From: an uncultured Ruminococcus sp.
GTDB lineage: Bacteria > Bacillota > Clostridia > Oscillospirales > CAG-272
Direction of reading: 5' to 3'
Length of the DNA stretch: 39,722 nt
Assembly: GCA_964397225.1 (NCBI GenBank)
Contig: CAYNHY010000002.1
Coordinates: forward strand, 1-39,722
The notes under the pieces: generated by a model
What the model saw: only the letters and a program-made list of their open reading frames with translations
What the model was told of the DNA's origin: nothing
Databases searched by the model: none
Made by a program: the position numbers and the translations under genes
Part shown: positions 15,970-24,843 of the stretch, in pieces
How positions within the stretch are numbered: the first letter of the stretch is position 1
How the letters are laid out: each line of letters begins with the position of its first letter

Positions 15970-16389
15970 ATGTTGATGGGAACCTACCCACATTCGATAG
16001 ACGCGAAAAACAGACTTATAATTCCTTCTAAGCTGAAGGCAGAGCTCGGCGAGAACATTGTCCTTTCCCGCGACTCCGACAGATGCCTTGCCGTATACTC
16101 GGCAGAGGAGTGGGAGCGCTATGCGGCAAAGTTCGACGAGCACGCCAAAAGCTCGATAAAGGGCTCCGCACGTATTATTTTCGGACAGGGTGCTCAGATA
16201 CAGCTCGATTCGCAGGGCAGAGCTGTCATCCCTCAGGCGATGGTGGAATATGCCGGAATTACGAAGAATGTCGTGATCGTCGGCTGCGGTAGATATGCCG
16301 AGATCTGGTCGGAGGAGAGATGGCAGAAGGTTGAAGAGGAAAGCAACCCCGACGACCTTGCCGAAATGCTCGCAAGCCTCGGACTGTAA
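15970..16389 (+). CDS. mraZ: division/cell wall cluster transcriptional regulator MraZ
   Basis: 139 aa. It has duplicated SpoVT/AbrB-like halves with the DxxxR motifs (IDAKNRLIIPSKL, LDSQGRAVIPQAM). RBS AAGGAGG is present. It is the first gene of the dcw cluster. Confidence 0.93.
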   Translation: MLMGTYPHSIDAKNRLIIPSKLKAELGENIVLSRDSDRCLAVYSAEEWERYAAKFDEHAKSSIKGSARIIFGQGAQIQLDSQGRAVIPQAMVEYAGITKNVVIVGCGRYAEIWSEERWQKVEEESNPDDLAEMLASLGL

Positions 16390-16405
16390 CGGAGGCTGAG
16401 GCAAA

Positions 16406-17344
16406 ATGGAATTTAAGCATAAATCGATACTTTTTGACGAGTGCATGGAGTTGCTTGACCCGGGTCGCGGCGGAATTTACGTCGACTGCACGGCGGGAGG
16501 CGGAGGTCATTCGCTCGGAATAGCGCAGAGACTGCCCGAAGGCTCGCGGCTGATATGCCTTGACCGCGACGACGACGCGCTTGCTGCCTGCCGTGAGCGT
16601 CTTCGCGACTACAGCGGCAGAGTAACACTTGTAAAAAGCGAGTTTTCCGAGCTTGGCTCGGTGCTCGACTCGCTCGGGATCGAAAAAATAGACGGGATCA
16701 TGTGGGATCTCGGAGTTTCCTCATATCAGCTCGATAATGCTGAGCGCGGCTTTTCCTATATGGCTGATGCGCCGCTCGATATGAGAATGGACAGAACGGC
16801 ATCGCTTGACGCGGCAACGGTGGTCAACACCTATGATGAGGCGGAGCTGAAGCGTATCATATACGCATACGGCGAGGAGAAATTCGCTCACGCGATTGCC
16901 GGCGCGATAGCCCGCGCAAGACGTACCGCACCGATTGAAACGACACTTGAGCTTGCGGAAATAATAAAGGGCGCGATCCCCGCAGCCGCACGCCGCCGAG
17001 AGGCACAGCACCCCGCAAAGCGCACCTTTCAGGCGATACGCATCGAGGTCAACCGTGAGCTTGATGTTATAAGGCCCGCGCTTGAGACGGCGGTCGAGCG
17101 ACTGAATGTCGGAGGTGTCGCAGCGGTCATTACCTTCCACTCACTTGAGGACAGGATAACAAAGCAGACTATGGCGTCCTTCGCACGCGGCTGCACATGC
17201 CCGCCGGAGTTTCCCGTTTGCGTGTGCGGCAATACACCAAAGGCAAAAATACTTACAAAGAAGCCCATTACACCGGGCGAGGACGAGCTTGCGGACAACC
17301 CGCGCTCAAGAAGTGCGAAGCTTCGCGCGCTGCAAAGGGTGTAA
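16406..17344 (+). CDS. rsmH: 16S rRNA (cytosine1402-N4)-methyltransferase RsmH
   Basis: 312 aa. Motifs are HKSILFDECMELL, YVDCTAGGGGHS, DLGVSSYQLD and ITFHSLEDR. Confidence 0.93.
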   Translation: MEFKHKSILFDECMELLDPGRGGIYVDCTAGGGGHSLGIAQRLPEGSRLICLDRDDDALAACRERLRDYSGRVTLVKSEFSELGSVLDSLGIEKIDGIMWDLGVSSYQLDNAERGFSYMADAPLDMRMDRTASLDAATVVNTYDEAELKRIIYAYGEEKFAHAIAGAIARARRTAPIETTLELAEIIKGAIPAAARRREAQHPAKRTFQAIRIEVNRELDVIRPALETAVERLNVGGVAAVITFHSLEDRITKQTMASFARGCTCPPEFPVCVCGNTPKAKILTKKPITPGEDELADNPRSRSAKLRALQRV

Positions 17345-17386
17345 GACACCGAAGACATCGAAATTTTACGGAAAGGAAGAACTCCC

Positions 17387-18172
17387 ATGACATATCAGGC
17401 GATAAGAGGCTCCGCACAGCCCCGCATCAATGTCGGTCGGGCGGATATTGCACGCGGCGCAATACATAACAGCTCCGCGAAGAACCGAGCTTCCGAGCGT
17501 TCTTCCGCTTCCCGTACACAATACGAAAATGACGCCGCACGCCGTGCCCGAGCAGCAGCGGCACGTGAGGCGGCAGTGCGTCGCGAGCGTGCGGAGCGCG
17601 AAAACGCGCACAGACTCGAAAGGCTTGAGCGCGAGAGAAACGAGGCTCGCCGTCGCGCGCAGGCTGAGGCATATGCGCGCCGGGTCAGAGAGGAGCACAA
17701 GGCAGCACGCCGTGCGGCACGCCGCGCAGAGCGTCTTGAAAGACGCCGTGAGGAGCTTGCACTGAGCCGCCGTGAGATCAAGATCAAGCGAACAAAGCTT
17801 CCGATGAACGTGATACTCGGAATACTGACAGCGGCAGCGCTGCTTTCCGGAGTCGCTTACAGCGCCAATCGCGTTGCGACAAGCTCGGCGCAGCTGTCCG
17901 AGCTGAAGAGCACTCTTGAGGAGCTTGACGGACAGATAGAGAGATACAGACTGAAGCTCGAGGACAAAAACGACCTCGGCGAGATCGAGCAGCTTGCCGC
18001 GGGCGAGCTCAATATGGTCAAGGAGGGCTCGGTCGAGAAGAAATACGTGACCGTGTCCGATGGGGACAGGATCGTTCTCGAGAATAACGAAAGCGATTCT
18101 CCCGAAGGCTACGGCGGCATCCTGTCGGGACTTTCCGCGGCGTTCGACGATATTCTCGACTACATCCGCTGA
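17387..18172 (+). CDS. ftsL: FtsL-position bitopic division protein with about 140-aa Arg/Glu/Ala-rich N-terminal extension
   Basis: 261 aa. RBS GGAAAGGAAG is present. It has a single TM helix (NVILGILTAAALLSGVAY) followed by a coiled-coil segment (SAQLSELKSTLEELDGQIERYRLKLEDKNDL). It occupies the conserved slot between rsmH and the PBP gene. An internal start at M140 (17804) would give a canonical-length FtsL. Confidence 0.7.
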   Translation: MTYQAIRGSAQPRINVGRADIARGAIHNSSAKNRASERSSASRTQYENDAARRARAAAAREAAVRRERAERENAHRLERLERERNEARRRAQAEAYARRVREEHKAARRAARRAERLERRREELALSRREIKIKRTKLPMNVILGILTAAALLSGVAYSANRVATSSAQLSELKSTLEELDGQIERYRLKLEDKNDLGEIEQLAAGELNMVKEGSVEKKYVTVSDGDRIVLENNESDSPEGYGGILSGLSAAFDDILDYIR

Positions 18173-18210
18173 AATAAGCGTATTTGCGACAAAACAGCAT
18201 AGTATGGATC

Positions 18211-18239
18211 GGCGCACTTTTCCGGTGCGCTTTGATTTT
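18211..18239 (+). terminator. terminator-like hairpin between ftsL and the PBP gene
   Basis: The stem GCGCAC-TTTTCCG-GTGCGC (6 bp) is followed by TTTGATTTTC. It may be a partial terminator or attenuator inside the dcw cluster. Confidence 0.4.
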
Positions 18240-18321
18240 CTCGAATATCCCGCGCACACGGCAAATAAAATTGATAGCGGGAGCACCCGCGGACGTGCTG
18301 CGGGAATTACAGGAGAGCAGC

Positions 18322-20703
18322 GTGAAAGAGAAGCTAAAGAACAGAACGGATAAAAGAACCTGCAAAAGAATATACTTCGCACTGTTTATCTTCGTGCTCC
18401 TTTTGACGGTGATCCTCGGTGTGCTTGTCAAGTACCAGCTGATAGATTACGATTATTACATGTCACAGGTGCTCGGTCAGCTGACCACGGAAACGCTCGT
18501 GTCGCCGAAGCGCGGCGATATAACCGACCGCAACGGAGTCGTCCTTGCCACGACGAAGACGGTCTACAATATTATTGTCTCTCCGAAGCATATGATAGAC
18601 CGCAACGAGAAGATAGAAAAGCTGAACAGTGACGACGACCCGGACAACGATTTTCGTTATAATTGGGTGTCGGAGGACGGCAAGGCGTCGTATTCCGGCA
18701 CACGCGTCGAGGAGCTGATCACGGAATTTTTCGCGAATCTTTTCGATTACGATGCCGAAAAGAAGGCAAGCCTTCGCGCGAAGCTCGACCTGTCCGACGA
18801 TAAGGTGAAGAAAAGGCAGTACCAGGTGGTCGAAAACGAGGTCGAGGAGGCGCTTGACCAGCGCGTTCGCGATTTCATCGCGGAATTCGAGCTCAGCGAG
18901 CAGATATACGACCGCACGTCCGGAAAAAGATATTATCCCTACGGCTCGCTGGCGTCCCATGTTGTCGGCTTCATGTCGTCGTCCGGCTACGGAAGCGGCG
19001 GCATCGAGGGCTACTATAACGATTACCTTGAGGGAACAAGCGGAAAATACGTCCTCGCGCAGGGCGCGGGCAAAAACGAGCTTCCCTTTGAATACGAAAC
19101 CTACATTCCCGAGCAGAACGGCTACACCGTCGTCTCGACGATAGACAATTATATTCAAAGCGCGCTCGAGAATCAGCTTGAGATGACATACGAGGATTCT
19201 CTCGCAAATAACCGCGTTATGGGCATCGTGCTTGATATCGATACGGGCGGGGTGCTCGCGATGGCGACATATCCGAGCTTTGACCTGAATGACCCGCTGT
19301 TTAAGGCAGAGGGAGCACGGGAGCTGCTGAACAGTCAGCGTATCGGCGATTTTACCGACGGCAATAAGCAGATCTACGAGCCCTCGGACAGCGAGAAGCT
19401 TTACAGAATATGGAACAACAAAGCGATATCCGAGACCTACGAGCCAGGCTCTACGTTTAAGATAATCACAACGGCGATGGCGCTCGAGGAGCAGGTGATA
19501 ACCTTCGACACGCCGTTCAACTGCCCCGGCTATTGGGTAGTAGAGGGCTGGCCTTACCCGATATACTGCCACGACCATTCCGGTCACGGCACGCTCCCCT
19601 ACAGATACGGTCTTCAGCAGTCGTGTAACCCTGCGCTCATGCAGGTCGCCGCTCTCGTCGGCAGGGAGAGATTCTACAATTATTTTGAAGCCTTCGGCTA
19701 TACCTCGGTCACCGGCATCGACCTTTCCGGCGAGTCGTACAGCGTGTACAACACCGCCGACAGCTTCACGAATGTCAGCCTTGCCGTGTATTCCTTCGGT
19801 CAGACCTTTCGAACGACCGCGATACAGCAGCTGTCCGCGATAGCGACGGTGGCGTCGGGCGGATATTACAAGACGCCTCACGTGCTCAAGGAGATAGTAG
19901 ACGAGGACGGAAGCGTTATCAAGTCCTACGAGACCGATATAAAGCGTCAGGTCGTGAGCACCGAGGTGTGCAAGCAGATAGCTGCTGTCCTTGAGGACGG
20001 CGTTTCGGGAAACGGCGGCGCTAAGAATGCATACGTTAAGGGCTATAAGGTTGCGGCAAAGACCGGAACCTCGGAGAAGCGAGACGCGACGGGTGAGGAC
20101 GCGGATACAAAGCGCGTCGGCTCGTGCATTGCCTTTGCACCGGCGGATGACCCGGCGGTTGCCGTGATAATTGTCGTTGACGAGCCGATGAACGGCTCGG
20201 TTTACGGAAGCGTTGTTGCCGCTCCCTACGTTTCGAATCTTCTTTCCGATATACTGCCGTATCTCGGCTTTGAGAGAACGTACACCGACGAGGACCTTGC
20301 AACACTCAGCACAGATGTCGCAAATTACGTCGGAGGCACGCCCGAGCAGGCAAAGACCATGATCGAGGAGGCGGGACTTACCTGCGAGATCATTGGTGAC
20401 GGCGGCGTTGTTACGAGCCAGATACCCGAGGCGGGAAGCTATATGCGCGCCGAGAACGGACGCGTGCTTCTTTACTGCGGTGCGGAGAGCGAAAAGAGAA
20501 CCACAGTCGTGCCGGATCTCATGTCAAAGACCGCCGAGGCGGCAAATATGCTGCTTCTCGGCTCAGGACTCAATGTGCGTATCACGGGTGCCGCGAACGG
20601 CTCGTCGGCAACGGTAATTGAACAGATGCCTGCGGCGGGAAGCACCGTCGAGGTCGGAACCGTGGTGGAGATAGAGCTTCGCCACATGGACGGCACGGAC
20701 TGA
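18322..20703 (+). CDS. class B penicillin-binding protein (FtsI/PBP2B/SpoVD type) with two C-terminal PASTA domains
   Basis: The start was re-assigned to GTG at 18322 (VKEKLKNR...) because AGGAG lies 6 nt upstream. The track start at 18184 is a TTG codon with no RBS. One TM helix is present, followed by the transpeptidase motifs STFK, SCN and KTGTS and two PASTA-like repeats at the C-terminus. Confidence 0.88.
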   Translation: MKEKLKNRTDKRTCKRIYFALFIFVLLLTVILGVLVKYQLIDYDYYMSQVLGQLTTETLVSPKRGDITDRNGVVLATTKTVYNIIVSPKHMIDRNEKIEKLNSDDDPDNDFRYNWVSEDGKASYSGTRVEELITEFFANLFDYDAEKKASLRAKLDLSDDKVKKRQYQVVENEVEEALDQRVRDFIAEFELSEQIYDRTSGKRYYPYGSLASHVVGFMSSSGYGSGGIEGYYNDYLEGTSGKYVLAQGAGKNELPFEYETYIPEQNGYTVVSTIDNYIQSALENQLEMTYEDSLANNRVMGIVLDIDTGGVLAMATYPSFDLNDPLFKAEGARELLNSQRIGDFTDGNKQIYEPSDSEKLYRIWNNKAISETYEPGSTFKIITTAMALEEQVITFDTPFNCPGYWVVEGWPYPIYCHDHSGHGTLPYRYGLQQSCNPALMQVAALVGRERFYNYFEAFGYTSVTGIDLSGESYSVYNTADSFTNVSLAVYSFGQTFRTTAIQQLSAIATVASGGYYKTPHVLKEIVDEDGSVIKSYETDIKRQVVSTEVCKQIAAVLEDGVSGNGGAKNAYVKGYKVAAKTGTSEKRDATGEDADTKRVGSCIAFAPADDPAVAVIIVVDEPMNGSVYGSVVAAPYVSNLLSDILPYLGFERTYTDEDLATLSTDVANYVGGTPEQAKTMIEEAGLTCEIIGDGGVVTSQIPEAGSYMRAENGRVLLYCGAESEKRTTVVPDLMSKTAEAANMLLLGSGLNVRITGAANGSSATVIEQMPAAGSTVEVGTVVEIELRHMDGTD

Positions 20704-20763
20704 TGCCGCCTTACGGAAGTTTAAGTTTCTTTTACGGTTAATTTAAGCTTTCGGAGGTAATAT

Positions 20764-22293
20764 ATGAAGCTTTGCGAGCTTTTGTCAGGCGTTCGGGTGA
20801 AAAAATACGGAGTCGCTCGCGACATGGAGATCGGGCATATCTGCTCCGACTCGCGCTGCGTGCTCGATGGAGGAATATTCATCTGCGTGAAGGGTACGCA
20901 CCGCGACGGTCACAGCTATATCGGCGAGGCACTGTCGCGCGGAGCTGCGGCTGTCGTTGTCGAAAACGAGTCCGAGCTGTCTGATGGCGTGCCTTACGTG
21001 GCAGTTGACGACACAAGGGTCGCCGAGGCATATATATGGAATAATTTCTACAGACATCCCGCCGCCGACATGCACCTTATTGCGGTGACGGGTACAAACG
21101 GCAAGACCTCGTGCGTTTTTATGCTGCGCGAGATACTTCGCCGCGCGGGACGGCGTGTCGGCATTATAACGACGGCAGGCTCAATGGCTGAGGACGAGGT
21201 GCTTGGCACGTTCGGCGGCTCGTCCGTGAGCGATGCCGCAGGCGCAATGACGACGCCGGATCCCGAATATCTTTACGGAAGCATCGCAATGATGCGCGAG
21301 CGCGGCATTGAATACCTTGTTTTTGAGGCGTCCTCGCACGCGCTGTCTCAGCATAAAACAGCTCCGCTACACGTTGACTGCGCCGTGTTCACGAACCTCT
21401 CCGAGGAGCATCTTGACTATCACGGCACAATGGAGCAGTACTTTGCCGCAAAGGCTCGCCTTGCGGTGGCGGCAGAGCTTATCGTCATTAATTGCGACGA
21501 TGAGTATATGAGTCGACTTGAGGGTATGCTCGCGCAGAAAAAGCGTGTTATTACCTGCTCGGCGGACGCATCGTCAAGGCGCCATCTGACCGCCGAGGCC
21601 TCGGCATTAAGACAAAAGCCGATAACGCTTGACGGCGCGGAATACGTGTATTTCTCGCGCGAGGCAGTGTTTCGCCTGAAGTGTCGCGTGCCGGGCGTGT
21701 TTACGATCCAAAATTCGCTACTTGCGGCGACGGCGGCGCTTGCGCTCGGCATTGACGCTGTGTGCGTTCGCGATGCACTCGAGCAGCTTTCCTCCATTAA
21801 CGGAAGGCTCGAGCGAGTGGAGCTTGGAGAGCTCGGGGCACAGTTTGAGGCGTTTGTCGATTACGCGCACACGCCTGCGGCTCTCGAGGCGCTGCTTGTG
21901 TCGGTGAGACAGCTGAGGCGCCGCGAGCAGAGGATAATCCTTCTTTTCGGCTGCGGAGGAGAGCGCGACCGCTCGAAGCGCAGACATATGGGAGATATAG
22001 CGTCGCGCCTTGCCGATTTTGTAATAGTTACCTCGGATAATCCGAGAGGCGAGGACGCAGATGAGATTATTGCCGAAATATTATCGGGACTCGACCTTGA
22101 AAGACCGCATGCGGTCATAAGGAGCCGACGCGAGGCGATATGCTACGCTGTCGACTGCGCGCGAGAGGGAGATATTATCCTTCTTGCGGGAAAAGGACAC
22201 GAGAAATACGAAATTGACGCCATGGGTAAGCATCCGTTCGATGAAAGAGAAATACTTCGTGACGCTGTCAGAAAAAGAAAAATTCAAGAATAA
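20764..22293 (+). CDS. murE: UDP-N-acetylmuramoyl-L-alanyl-D-glutamate--2,6-diaminopimelate ligase
   Basis: 509 aa. It has the P-loop GTNGKTS and the DNPR motif (TSDNPRGED), which indicates meso-DAP specificity. It is in dcw context. Confidence 0.9.
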   Translation: MKLCELLSGVRVKKYGVARDMEIGHICSDSRCVLDGGIFICVKGTHRDGHSYIGEALSRGAAAVVVENESELSDGVPYVAVDDTRVAEAYIWNNFYRHPAADMHLIAVTGTNGKTSCVFMLREILRRAGRRVGIITTAGSMAEDEVLGTFGGSSVSDAAGAMTTPDPEYLYGSIAMMRERGIEYLVFEASSHALSQHKTAPLHVDCAVFTNLSEEHLDYHGTMEQYFAAKARLAVAAELIVINCDDEYMSRLEGMLAQKKRVITCSADASSRRHLTAEASALRQKPITLDGAEYVYFSREAVFRLKCRVPGVFTIQNSLLAATAALALGIDAVCVRDALEQLSSINGRLERVELGELGAQFEAFVDYAHTPAALEALLVSVRQLRRREQRIILLFGCGGERDRSKRRHMGDIASRLADFVIVTSDNPRGEDADEIIAEILSGLDLERPHAVIRSRREAICYAVDCAREGDIILLAGKGHEKYEIDAMGKHPFDEREILRDAVRKRKIQE

Positions 22294-22313
22294 AATGCAG
22301 AAAGGCCGAAAAA

Positions 22314-23810
22314 ATGAGCATTGAACTGAAACTTGTTGCTCCGTCCGTTGAAACGCTGTGCGGCGTTATCGGCGGAACGTGTGAGTGTATTGGAGAGATA
22401 GACACTGCTGTAAAGGTAAGAGGACTTACCACCTCATCCAAAGAGGCTGACCTTAACTGCGTATTTTGTGCCATAAAGGGAGAGCGGGTCGACGGCGCGG
22501 ACTTTATTTCCGACGCCGTGCTCCACGGAGCCGTTTGCGTTATAACGACACACCTTCCGGACAACGCACGCGCATGCGGTAAGCCGTTTTGTGCAATTAT
22601 CGTCGATGACGTGATTGACGCCATAGGTCGCTTCGCGGCGTGGTACCGCAACCATTCGAAGGCAAAGTTCGTTGCCGTCACGGGAAGCGTCGGAAAGACC
22701 ACCACAAAGGAAATGATAGCCTCCGTTGCCGCCTCGCGCTTTAAGACCCATAAGACGCGCGGAAACTACAACAACGAGCTCGGACTCCCGCTCACGATAT
22801 TTGAGCTGGCGCCCGATGACGAGGTGTCGGTGCTTGAGATGGGCATGAGTAATATCGGTGAGATTGAGCACATGTCTCTGATAGCGCGCCCGGATATCGC
22901 GATCGTTACGAATATCGGTACCTCGCACCTTGCCACGCTCGGCTCCCGCGAGAATATCTGCCGTGCAAAGCTTGAGGTGTGCGCCGGAATGACGAGAAAG
23001 GGTCGCGTGATACTCAACGGCGACGAGCCGCTTCTCCGTCGCGGCGGATTAGAAGTTCAGACACGTGTCAGCTATATGAGCGTGTACAACAGAAACGCCG
23101 AATACAGAGCGCTCAATATGAGAACCACCGCCAACGGTATACTGTTTGACATGATATACGATAACCGCGCGCTGACAAACATCGAGGTTCCCGTTCACGG
23201 TCGCCACAATGTTTACAATGCACTCGGCGCTTATGCCGTCGGAACGCTGCTCGGTATCGACGACACGCATATAAGACGCGGTCTGCTTGATTTCGTGGGA
23301 GCGGAAATGCGTCAGAGCATATACGAGCTCGGCGGGCTTACCGTCATCGACGACTGCTATAATGCAAGCCCCGAATCGATGCGTGCCGCACTCGACGTGC
23401 TTTCGTCTATTGCAAAGGGACGCAATGCGCGACCGCTCGCTCTCATCGGAGATATGCTTGAGCTCGGCGAATATTCACGTCTTATGCACGACCAGCTCGG
23501 ACAGTACGTAGCGCAGGTCGGCGTAAAGAAGCTCTTCTGCTACGGTCTGATGAGTGACGTTATCGCAGAGGCGGCAATAAAGAAGGGACTTCGCGCAGAG
23601 AATGTGTGCGTCTGCCTCGACACGCGTGACCCGCAGACAATGGCTGATATGATACTCAGCCTCTACGAGGACGGAGATGTGCTCCTTGTAAAGGCGAGCC
23701 GTGCAGTACACGCAGAGCGTGTTATCCAGTGTATCAGAAAGAAACTCGTAAAGAACAAGACCCGCCGCGCCTCTCACGATGCGACGGAGGACGGAAGGAA
23801 TTCGAAATGA
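22314..23810 (+). CDS. murF: UDP-N-acetylmuramoyl-tripeptide--D-alanyl-D-alanine ligase
   Basis: 498 aa. It has the motif GSVGKTTTKEM and Mur ligase middle and C-terminal domains. Its stop overlaps the mraY start (ATGA). Confidence 0.9.
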   Translation: MSIELKLVAPSVETLCGVIGGTCECIGEIDTAVKVRGLTTSSKEADLNCVFCAIKGERVDGADFISDAVLHGAVCVITTHLPDNARACGKPFCAIIVDDVIDAIGRFAAWYRNHSKAKFVAVTGSVGKTTTKEMIASVAASRFKTHKTRGNYNNELGLPLTIFELAPDDEVSVLEMGMSNIGEIEHMSLIARPDIAIVTNIGTSHLATLGSRENICRAKLEVCAGMTRKGRVILNGDEPLLRRGGLEVQTRVSYMSVYNRNAEYRALNMRTTANGILFDMIYDNRALTNIEVPVHGRHNVYNALGAYAVGTLLGIDDTHIRRGLLDFVGAEMRQSIYELGGLTVIDDCYNASPESMRAALDVLSSIAKGRNARPLALIGDMLELGEYSRLMHDQLGQYVAQVGVKKLFCYGLMSDVIAEAAIKKGLRAENVCVCLDTRDPQTMADMILSLYEDGDVLLVKASRAVHAERVIQCIRKKLVKNKTRRASHDATEDGRNSK

Positions 23811-24808
23811 ATTATAAGCTTATATTTGCCGCTGCGCTTGTGCTGACCTTTGTGCTGACTGTGCTCATCTCGAGACGCCTTATCCCTGCGCTGAAGAGCA
23901 GAAAAATGGGGCAGAAGATCCTTGATATCGGTCCGAGATGGCACAAAAGCAAGGAAGGAACTCCGACAATGGGCGGTCTTGCCTTCATTATATCGTCGCT
24001 TACGGTCGGAGCGGTGCTTTCGGTAATTATTGCGCTGAAGGATGGCGCCGAGACGGCGTGGCCGTTCGTGTTTACGCTCGCGCTCGGACTTGCGGGCGGA
24101 CTTATAGGCTGTATCGACGACGCGGCAAAGCTTCGCAATCAGAGAAACGACGGCTTGACAGCCTCGCAGAAGTTTCTGCTCCAGCTTGTCGCGGCTGCGC
24201 TGTACCTTTTCGGCATGTCGCTTGTCTGCAAGACGGGAACAGCCTTGCATATCCCGTATTTTGACGTAACACTTGAGCTTGGGGTCGGCTATTATGTGCT
24301 GTCGCTCATACTCATATGCGGTGTGATGAACAGCGTAAACCTGACGGACGGCATTGACGGCCTTGCCTCCTCGGTAACGCTCGCCGTCGGCGTTTTCTTC
24401 GCTGTCTGCGGCTTTTTCGGCGGCACGACGGATGCCTCTCTCGTTTCGCTCGGCGCAATACTTATAGGCGCGTGCGCTGGCTTTCTTGTGTACAATATCA
24501 ATCCCGCAAGGGTATTCATGGGCGACACGGGCTCGCTGTTCCTCGGCGGACTTGTCGTCGGCGGGGCGTATATGATGGGTGAGCCGCTTATCGTTATCGT
24601 TTGCGGACTCGTTTATATTATCGAAACGGCGTCGGTAATGCTTCAGGTGACATACTTTAAGCTGACGCACGGAAAGAGACTGTTCAAAATGTCTCCGATA
24701 CACCACCACTTTGAAAAGTGCGGCTGGTCGGAAAACAAGGTCGTTATTGTATTCACCTGTGCGACCGTGTTTTTTTCCGCGATAGCACTGCTGGGAGTCA
24801 TTAAATAA
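23807..24808 (+). CDS. mraY: phospho-N-acetylmuramoyl-pentapeptide transferase
   Basis: The start was re-assigned to MNYKLIFAAALV (ATG at 23807), with GGAAGGA upstream. It is polytopic, with motifs KEGTPTMGG, NLTDGIDGLA and HHHFE. Confidence 0.92.
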   Translation: MNYKLIFAAALVLTFVLTVLISRRLIPALKSRKMGQKILDIGPRWHKSKEGTPTMGGLAFIISSLTVGAVLSVIIALKDGAETAWPFVFTLALGLAGGLIGCIDDAAKLRNQRNDGLTASQKFLLQLVAAALYLFGMSLVCKTGTALHIPYFDVTLELGVGYYVLSLILICGVMNSVNLTDGIDGLASSVTLAVGVFFAVCGFFGGTTDASLVSLGAILIGACAGFLVYNINPARVFMGDTGSLFLGGLVVGGAYMMGEPLIVIVCGLVYIIETASVMLQVTYFKLTHGKRLFKMSPIHHHFEKCGWSENKVVIVFTCATVFFSAIALLGVIK

Positions 24809-24843
24809 GAAAAAGCTTAATTTGAAGGGACGGTGCAGCATGC

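Noticed and set aside
18184-18321. Upstream TTG start of the PBP ORF
   Set aside because: It has no RBS and would translate through the hairpin/T-run. GTG 18322 has AGGAG at optimal spacing.
17366-19881. 338-aa and 472-aa minus-strand ORFs across ftsL and the PBP gene
   Set aside because: They are antisense shadows. The plus frames contain the PBP motifs STFK, SCN and KTG.
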